Below are positions 49,137 through 64,000 of a DNA stretch of 64,000 nucleotides, one piece after another. Source of the DNA: Macrostomum lignano. Lineage: Eukaryota. The notes under the pieces are model-generated. The model had not been told where the DNA came from and searched no databases. It saw only the letters and a list, made by a program, of their open reading frames with translations. A program made the translations under genes and the position numbers. Location: assembly GCA_002269645.1 (NCBI GenBank), contig NIVC01000931.1:1-64000 (forward strand), in the 5' to 3' direction. How positions within the stretch are numbered: the first letter of the stretch is position 1; the number at the start of each line of letters is the position of its first letter.

Positions 49137-50085
49137 AGACCCTCCCGTGATAGACCCTCCCGTGATAGACCCTCCCGTGATAGACCCTCCCGTGATAGAC
49201 CCTTCCGTGATAGACCCTCCCGTGATAGACCCTCCCATGATAGACCCTCCCGTGAAAGACCCTCCCGTGATCAAGCCTCCCATGATAGACCCTCCCGTGA
49301 TAGACCCTCCCATGATAGACCCTCCCGTGATAGACCCTCCCGTGATCAAGCCTCCCATGATAGACCCTCCCGTGATAGACCCTCCCGTGATAGACCCTCC
49401 CGTGATAGACCCTCCCATGATAGACCCTCCCGTGATAGACCCTCCCATGATAGACCCTCCCATGATAGACCCTCCCGTGATCGACCCTCCCGTGATCGAC
49501 CCTCCCGTGATAGACCCTCCTGTGATAGACCCTCCTGTGATAGACCCTCCGATGATACACCCTCCCGTGATAGACCCTCCCGTGATAGACCCTCCCGTGA
49601 TAGACCCTCCCGTGATAGACCCTCCCGTGATAGACCCTCCCGTGATAGACCCTCCCGTGATAGACCCTCCCGTGATAGACCCTCCCGTGATAGACCCTCC
49701 CGTGATAGACCCTCCTGTGATAGACCCTCCGATGATACACCCTCCCGTGATAGACCCTCCCGTGATAGACCCTCCCGTGATAGACCCTCCCGTGATAGAC
49801 CCTCCCGTGATAGACCCTCCCGTGATAGACCCTCCCGTGATAGACCCTCCCATGATAGACCCTCCCGTGATAGACCCTCCCATGATAGACCCTCCCATGA
49901 TAGACCCTCCCGTGATCGACCCTCCCGTGATCGACCCTCCCGTGATAGACCCTCCTGTGATAGACCCTCCTGTGATAGACCCTCCGATGATACACCCTCC
50001 CGTGATAGACCCTCCCGTGATAGACCCTCCCGTGGTAGACCCTCCCGTGATAGACCCTCCCGTGATAGACCCTCCCGTGATAGAC
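49137..50085. repeat. 15-bp minisatellite (GATAGACCCTCCCGT)n
   Basis: About 63 units; variant blocks are repeated. Confidence 0.95.
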
Positions 50086-50089
50086 CCGA

Positions 50090-50400
50090 CCCTCCCCAGC
50101 TAGTCAGGCTACAATTAGCCCTCAAGGGCGTTAATTGCTCAAAGTGGCCCAATTATGAGTCAGAGAAAAAGCTGTCCCAAACAACACGCTCGCGTTGGTT
50201 AGACTTGGCGCACAGAAATCAGAATTTAATACCTGCTCTCAGTGCACACTGGGAGCAGCTGTTGAGCACCGAAGGAAAATTAACCAATTATCACAGGACA
50301 AAAAATCGATTCTCGCCCCCCCTGTACTCTTCTGCATCGCAGGCCCCAAAGAGGCTGCCATCTCGGCAGCTACGGCAGCAGAGGTAGCGGTGCCTAATCC
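50090..50400 (+). mobile_element. Possible LINE ORF2 C-terminal remnant
   Basis: HWEQLLSTEGKLTNYHRTKNRFSPPLY resembles the W...L....KL..Y...K..F....Y segment near LINE ORF2 C-termini; no RT motif is visible. Confidence 0.3.
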
Positions 50401-50998
50401 TGCTGAGCATTCTCAGGTGCTTCCGCGAGCTCCCAAGCAGCAACCAGACCGGTGAGCAACCCCCCCCCATGGCCTCTGCCACCCCAGGGAATTCCATTCA
50501 TCATCCGCGAGACGAGAACGTGAAGGGAGGGGACTGGGATCGAAGGAGAATCAGAGTTAGGGAGACCAACAGGAAGTCACGCGCGGGCAAACATTTGAGT
50601 TGATAAGCGGCCTCAGCTGTCTTCCCGACCGAATCAGTGCAGTGTGGCCGCACTACGAGCGTATTACCATCTGTCCGAAATGCCCCGAATTCCTCAGACA
50701 GCAGCTCGGGCCCGGCAGCGACAGCTCAGTTAGCGGCAGCAGAGGATGGTGTCGTAGGAGATCGAGTCCAGGACCTTCGCTGCGGCTATTTCAGCAGCAA
50801 CAGCAGCCACAGGAGGAGGAGGAAGAGGAGGAGGTGCAGCAAATTCATCCCCATCGGAACTCCAACGAGCATCAGAGCCAGAGTCAGCGCCATCTCCTCA
50901 GCCCATCGCAGCATCCGGAAGCCAGTAGAGATTGCTTAAGTCAGCAGAGCGCCAAGCAGACTGACAGGCAGCAGGAAACTCAGCCGGCGCTCCCGGCA

Positions 50999-57415
<6,417 letters not shown>

Positions 57416-57813
57416 ATTGTAACAAGTCGATACTGCTACTGAGTAGAGCAAATCTATCCATCATGTCACACTGAATATTAACCACGTGCGCTCAATAAAC
57501 CATTGATTGCGCCTCTGAATTGCCGCGCTTCGAAGAATGCGGTGTGTGTTTTGTGATAGAACGGGAGGAGGCTCATTCAAAGGGGCTGGGATCAACATTC
57601 ACGCTAAAAAAATTTCTTCAAGAAAGGTAAAGCCACAATAAATTCAATATATTTACACGTTAATAAATTTGAGCAGAGAAGATGAGATACTTTTAAGCTA
57701 TTGACAGTGAGGCAACAGAATGGAACGAAACAGAGACAATTACAGGGCCGTTACAAGATAACTAATCTCGTATCATGCATAATATAAGTCTCGTACACAT
57801 TTTTAACCAGCCA

Positions 57814-58302
57814 TCAAAGCACCAACCGTTCCTCGCTGACCGGGGGGAGCTGTTGAGTCCTTTGTTCACCATTCCCGTGCCAAATAGCGCTATTGACAAC
57901 CACTGCATCCATGGTAACGACGTTTCGGTTGTGGTTTTCTGGAAACTTATAACAATTCCTGGCCATCTCATGCTCCTGGTCGCGGATTTGGCAGTGCGCC
58001 ATTCGAACCAGCGCCATCCAGCTCAGCCCGAAGAAGATTGCGCCAGCGCTGCCTCCGCCGAGCAGGCAGTAACCTGCCACTCGCACCGCTTGCAAATTCA
58101 CCTCCGCCCCGCTGACACCGTTGCCGTTGCGGTCCGCAGCCGCCAGCACCACGAAGAGACCACCGCAGAACATGGCGAACAGGCAGATGCCCAGGCTGAT
58201 AGCTGCAGCCGACAGCCGCAAGTCCAGGCCGGGGCTGAGCTGGTCGCGTTTGTGTCGGCTCAGCCATATGTGAGAGGTGATGAAGCTTCTTGGCACCGGC
58301 AT
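57814..58302 (-). CDS. Small orphan two-transmembrane protein (162 aa), convergent with CaMKK
   Basis: MPVPRSF... with two hydrophobic helices (AAAISLGICLFAMFCGGLFVVLAAA; VAGYCLLGGGSAGAIFFGLSWMALV) and GC-rich codon usage; start and possible extra exons uncertain. Confidence 0.5.
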   Translation of the reverse strand: MPVPRSFITSHIWLSRHKRDQLSPGLDLRLSAAAISLGICLFAMFCGGLFVVLAAADRNGNGVSGAEVNLQAVRVAGYCLLGGGSAGAIFFGLSWMALVRMAHCQIRDQEHEMARNCYKFPENHNRNVVTMDAVVVNSAIWHGNGEQRTQQLPPVSEERLVL

Positions 58303-58322
58303 TGATGCTGACTTCTCTTTCA

Positions 58323-58830
58323 GGTGGTTGTCTGTGCAGGTGGTTGTCTGTGCAGCTGGTTGTCTGTGCAGCTGGTTGTCTGTGCAGTTGGTTGTCTGTG
58401 CAGCTGGTTGTCTGTGCAGTTGGTTGTCTGTGCAGTTGGTTGTCTGTGCAGTTGGTTGTCTGTGCAGTTGGTTGTCTGTGCAGTTGGTTGTCTGTGCAGT
58501 TGGTTGTCTGTGCAGTTGGTTGTCTGTGCAGTTGGTTGTCTGTGCAGCTGGTTGTCTGTGCAGTTGGTTGTCTGTGCAGTTGGTTGTCTGTGCAGTTGGT
58601 TGTCTGTGCAGTTGGTTGTCTGTGCAGTTGGTTGTCTGTGCAGTTGGTTGTCTGTGCAGCTGGTTGTCTGTGCAGTTGGTTGTCTGTGCAGTTGGTTGTC
58701 TGTGCAGTTGGTTGTCTGTGCAGTTGGTTGTCTGTGCAGTTGGTTGTCTGTGCAGCTGGTTGTCTGTGCAGTTGGTTGTCTGTGCAGTTGGTTGTCTGTG
58801 CAGTTGGTTGTCTGTGCAGTTGGTTGTCTT
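58323..58830. repeat. 16-bp minisatellite (TGGTTGTCTGTGCAGT)n
   Basis: About 31 near-identical units directly upstream of the 2-TM ORF. Confidence 0.95.
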
Positions 58831-59632
58831 TCCAGACACTTAGTTTCTACATGTAAAATAACTTGCCACTAGCCTGAGCTTCTCAGTAAGGCTTCTTCGT
58901 AGCCATTTATAAAAACCCCCGTAGTTTTTTCCTCCATTCTTTACTGCCCGACTGAATCAACTCTCAAGCTATGGACAGTGTTTTTGAGCTCTGCATACTC
59001 GCTGGCTGATAGACTGACTAAACGACGCTTTTCAACAGATTGCTAATCGATCGAGCGCTGAATTTTGCAAAGAAGTCTCCCTTGTGTAGTTGAGGAGTTC
59101 GAGTTGAAATAGTAAGTAGAGAGTACACGCGTACAAGACTATAGCTCGAGCCTCTGAACAATTGCTGAATGCCTGACATGCCGGTTCTATTCATGCCAGT
59201 ATCAGCATATAGGCACACATTTACATGATCTTTCTATTTAATAAATAAGCTATATTGCTTACTAAATGAAACATGTGGGGATTTCGCCAACCTAAAATTT
59301 CTAAAGCTCGAAATTCACATGCCTAAAATTTCACAAACTACAAAGTTTTCGCATTTCGTGCTGACTAGCAATCTTTGCCCCCCTCCCCGTTGGGAAGGCA
59401 GCAAAGAAAGCAACTCCTTGAGCAACTCCCTTGAGCCTTGATATTTCAGCGATTCCCCAATGAGTCACAGCATTTCGACAATCGTGCTGACTTGACGATT
59501 AATGTAGAAAAGAATGCATTTTTACGCTTCTTTATCTCCCTCTAATCACAGATAATGTCCTGTTTGGGACTCAAGTTCGGGGTTAGGGTTAGTCGATTTA
59601 CGCAAGTATTGTCTGAACGCTTTCGTTATACT

Positions 59633-60345
<713 letters not shown>

Positions 60346-60919
60346 CATTTAATAAGTTAATTAATTAGTTAATTAGTTCCATTCCATTGCACACAGAACT
60401 GCTCTGAAGTTTTGCACAAAGTATTAATCTGTCAGCGGAAAAAACTTCAAATTAAATTCCGCAAAGTTCCACTTGGTGGCATCCATCAGTCACTGCCATT
60501 GCCAGCAACTCGGCTGTTATAGAGGAGAGAAGAGATGAAATAATTTTGAGAAGCATCATGCAGCCTCTCGCAAATATTTCTGCTTGGGCAGGCAAATTAA
60601 GTTGAATAAAACTGGTTTGCAGTTTGAGCAGGATAGGCCAGCATGAGCCCCTGCCCACTCAGCCAAACCACCAGTTTCCGCCCCATCCCCCACCCCAAAA
60701 ACTTTAACGCAGCTTTAAATGCAGAGGCTTGACTTGGAGTTTGCACCATGGGAATTCATTAAATCTTTGTGCTGTTGTCCCCTGCTGGCCGATCGCCTCT
60801 GCAAGCTGTGAGTACACGAGCCACGGGGTTCTGATGGGGCTGACTGCGAAGCTGCAGTTGAATCACTTTTGACCAACCTCTCCCACTGTTCTGCCTTCAC
60901 CGCATCTCACATTCTAGTA

Positions 60920-61400
60920 TCTACTATCTATTATCTACTATCTACTAACTACTATCTACTAACTACTATCTATTAACTACTCGCATTAACTACTCTCTAC
61001 TATCTGCTCTCTACAATCTACAATCTACCATCTACTATCTACTATCTAGTAACTACTACCTACTGACTATTATCTAGTAACAACTATCTATTATCTACTA
61101 TCTGGTATCTACTATTTACCATCTACTATCTACTATCTACTAACTACTATCTACTCTATCTATCTACTACTCTATCTACTATCTACTAACTACTATCCAC
61201 TACTATCTACTCTATCTACTACTACTATTCATACTACTCTACTATCTACTCTATCTATCTACTACTCTATCTACTATTTACTAACTACTATCCACTAACT
61301 AGTATTAACTATCTATAATCTACAATCTTCTCTCTACTATCTATTGTAGTATCTAGTATCTACAAACTTACTACATGCAATCTATAATCTACAATCTACT
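60920..61400. repeat. Degenerate (CTACTAT)n low-complexity repeat
   Basis: Direct reading; ends just upstream of the putative receptor start. Confidence 0.85.
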
Positions 61401-61418
61401 AAAAAAAGCAAATTAAAC

Positions 61419-63159
61419 ATGTTTACCAAACCAGATTCTGGATTAAAACTATTTTTACAAGCGAGAAGTATGCTCACCAAGTGCAACGCTGATCTGCGGT
61501 CACTACTGGCTCTGGGAGCCATCATTCTGACCTCTGGAATCGCTTTGGCAACGGCGGCAGCAACCGCTGGAAGAGTCGAATGGAGATTTCACGCATGTGA
61601 GATAGGAAATTTCTATCATTTTTTGCGGTAGATAATTGCAGCAGAATTTTTTACAACTCCGGAAACTGTTTGTTCGATTTTTAAAACTGAGACTAAACTG
61701 CAGCGAATGTTGTTTTGCATGCATCTGATCATGTCAATTAATCGCTTCAGGGAATCCTAAGAGAGCAGCCAAAATTGGCTTGCCCAACCGCACAGCTGTG
61801 CTGCCGGACTCTGAGGAACTGGCATTGGCGGAGAGTGAGTGATCGATATTGGGATAACATTACTGCTGCATGTACCTGCTGAGCTGCCTTACAGAGCTGT
61901 CACTCATTGGTTGCTAAGAAATGTGCCTGACTCTCCCAGTCTGCAGAGCTGTTTGATGCTGAGCAGTGTGCCTGACTCTCCCAGTCTGCAGAGCTGTTTG
62001 ATGCTGAGCAGTGTGCCTGACTCTCCCAGTCTGCAGAGCTGTTTGATGCTGAGCAGTGTGCCTGACTCTCCCAGTCTGCAGAGCTGTTTGATGCTGAGCA
62101 GTGTGCCTGACTCTCCCAGTCTGCAGAGCTGTTTGATGCTGAGCAGTGTGCCTGACTCTCCCAGTCTGCAGAGCTGTTTGATGCTGAGCAGTGTGCCTGA
62201 CTCTCCCAGTCTGCAGAGCTGTGTCGTCGCTGCCACCGGACGCTCACCTGCTGGCTGTATCGGGCTCGGGATTCCATCCGGCCCTGAACAGCTTCTGCCT
62301 CGCCTTCAACGTCACCTGCATCTTCTTGGACGCACTGGAGGGCGAACGAGTCCCCGACGACTGGCTGCACAACGCCATCCGCTTCTTCCCGGCGCCAGAG
62401 CTGCGCAGCCGATCGATTTCTGATTACGTCATTTGGTCGATGTGGGGAGAGTTTATCGTTTTCTACAGTAACTTTGACAGTGAGTTGGTCTCAAGGCTGG
62501 GTGTCCCATTTTTCTATGCATGTTTGTGTTGCCCACTTTAAAACAAGTTCTCAATCACCCTCATCACAAATAAAAAAGCACATTTCACCCAACGCCCGAA
62601 TAAAGACCTTGAAAAGGTGCAGACGCTGCTCAACTACCCGCTGGGGCCGGTGCTGTTTCGACCGCTGGACATGAGCAGGCCTAGTAAGGCGCTGTACCAG
62701 CTGCACCGACTCAAACGGAGCACTCTGCACCGGTTTGTCGTGGACATGCCGATTCGTAGCCTGCCAAACTTCTTTAAATTGGTTAGTAAGAGATGCATTT
62801 TATTATTTTCCACAGTGGCCGCAGTGCCTACTTATATAATATGCATAGTGAGGAGTTTGATATCTCGGAAGACAACACTATGCAATGCAGCGTTCCTCGA
62901 TACTTATTTCCAGGCCAAAGCGGCGGGCCTCAACGGAATGGCGCACAGCTTCCTTCTGATTTCTGAGGTGGTAATTTTAGCAAAACAGTGTGCTCGCTTT
63001 GCAAGATTGCAACTGACATATAGCCGCCTGATTTCTGCTTTTAGTTGAGCGAAGCATTCTTTGGTCGTCACGTGGCGCCAAGGCTGAACAACGGAGTGAA
63101 TTTCACAACGCACCAACTAGGCGGCGTCCGGTTCATCGGCGAGAGCATCGATAGCGTTC
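61419..63159 (+). CDS. Divergent ionotropic glutamate receptor (AMPA/kainate-like amino-terminal domain), 5' part; exons 61419(or 61470)-61596, 61751-61834, 62210-62479, 62606-62781, 62914-62967, 63045-~63159; continues beyond the window
   Basis: Phase-consistent splicing gives a signal peptide, then ICRAV...ALNSFCLAFNVTCI...RFFP...ISDYVIWSMWGEFIVFYSN..LEKVQTLL...FVVDMP...AKAAGLNGMAHSFLLISE...GVNFTTHQL. This parallels the iGluR ATD motifs (S-C..L.IPHI; DLV...W..F...Y; VLDC...QA..GM...Y.Y; GVNMTGF). Confidence 0.6.
61922..62222. repeat. 45-bp minisatellite x7 containing branch point, pyrimidine tract and AG acceptor
   Basis: Unit GTGTGCCTGACTCTCCCAGTCTGCAGAGCTGTTTGATGCTGAGCA; CTCTCCCAG ends at 61939, 61984, 62029, 62074, 62119, 62164, 62209. 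Confidence 0.95.
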
Positions 63160-63179
63160 GTGACTTTTTTCGAACCTTT

Positions 63180-63857
63180 CAAAGCCATGTTGCAAGGCCA
63201 TAGACACAAAACCATAGATTCAAGGCCATAGATGCAAAGCCATAGACACAAAACCATAGATTCAAGGCCATAGATGCAAAGCCATAGACACAAAACCATA
63301 GATTCAAGGCCATAGATGCAAAGCCATAGACACAAAACCATAGATTCAAGGCCATGTTGCAAGGCCATAGACACAAAACCATAGATACAAGGCCATAGAT
63401 GCAAGGCCTATATACACAATAGACACATAGACACTATATACACATAGACACAAAACCATAGATTCAAGGCCATAGATTCAAAGCCATAGACACAAAACCA
63501 TAGATTCAAGGCCATGTTGCAAGGCCATAGACACAAAACCATAGATACAAGGCCATAGATGCAAGGCCATAGACACAAAACCATAGATTCAATGCCATAG
63601 ATGCAAAGCCATAGACACAAAACCATAGATTCAAAGCCATGTTGCCAGGCCATAGACACAAAACCATAGATTCAAACAAAGCCATGTTGCAAGGCCATAG
63701 ACACAAAACCATAGACTCAATGCCATAGATGCAAGGCCATAGACACAAAACCATAGATTCAAAGCCATGTTGCAAGGCCATAGACACAAAACCATAGATT
63801 CAATGCCATAGATGCAAGGCCATAGACACAAAACCATAGATTCAAAGCCATGTTGCA
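63180..63857. repeat. Composite 10-41-bp minisatellite (GCCATAGACACAAAACCATAGATTCAA / GCCATGTTGCAAG)n
   Basis: Direct reading. Confidence 0.92.
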
Positions 63858-64000
63858 GGGGGCCGTAGCCCAGCGGTCTAACGCAGGCTCTGGTGTGCCA
63901 GCGACCCAGGCTCGATTCCAAGTGCAGTCACATTAATTTGGGGCTGAATTGGAATCTCCGCTTGGCTCTGCTCATGCAATTAACGGCCTTGAGAGCCAAC
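63858..64000 (+). mobile_element. tRNA-derived SINE, second family (plus copy, truncated by the window end)
   Basis: GGGGGCCGTAGCCCAGCGGT...GGCTCGATTCC; inverted copy of 56679-56821. Confidence 0.75.

Noticed and set aside
49014-50387. (DRPSR)n, (IDPPV)n and (HGRVY)n ORFs
   Set aside because: Products of a 15-bp minisatellite open in several frames.
61922-62222. CRISPR-like regular repeat
   Set aside because: Pure head-to-tail 45-bp units with no spacers and no cas genes.

Overview
Eukaryotic animal genomic DNA with spliceosomal introns, GC-rich exons, AT-rich intergenic DNA and a very heavy load of tandem repeats. The composition and repeat style resemble a free-living flatworm such as Macrostomum; this is an inference and was not verified. 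Host genes reconstructed by hand: a CXorf65/C22orf15-family gene (5 exons), an intronless orphan class-A GPCR, an intronless secreted C-type lectin with a PAN-like tail, a 7-exon RIP-kinase-like gene with a C-terminal death domain, CaMKK (8 coding exons), a small 2-TM orphan ORF, and the 5' part of a divergent ionotropic glutamate receptor. Mobile DNA: two full-length but defective 4.5-kb Ty3/Gypsy (Mag-type) elements with LTRs and 5-bp TSDs, a separate LTR with a tRNA-Leu PBS, a gag remnant, an RT-deleted R1/LOA-type LINE, several MITEs with 8-bp TSDs, and tRNA-derived SINEs. The most striking structure is an 8.45-kb foldback/MULE-like element (243/242-bp near-perfect TIRs, 9-bp TSD) whose body is about 45 copies of a 178-bp satellite derived from its own TIR. 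Also notable are a 45-bp minisatellite that duplicates a complete 3' splice site seven times in the glutamate-receptor gene, and a MEF2/AP-1/CRE cluster in an LTR. All coordinates and splice models were read manually; no database searches were run.
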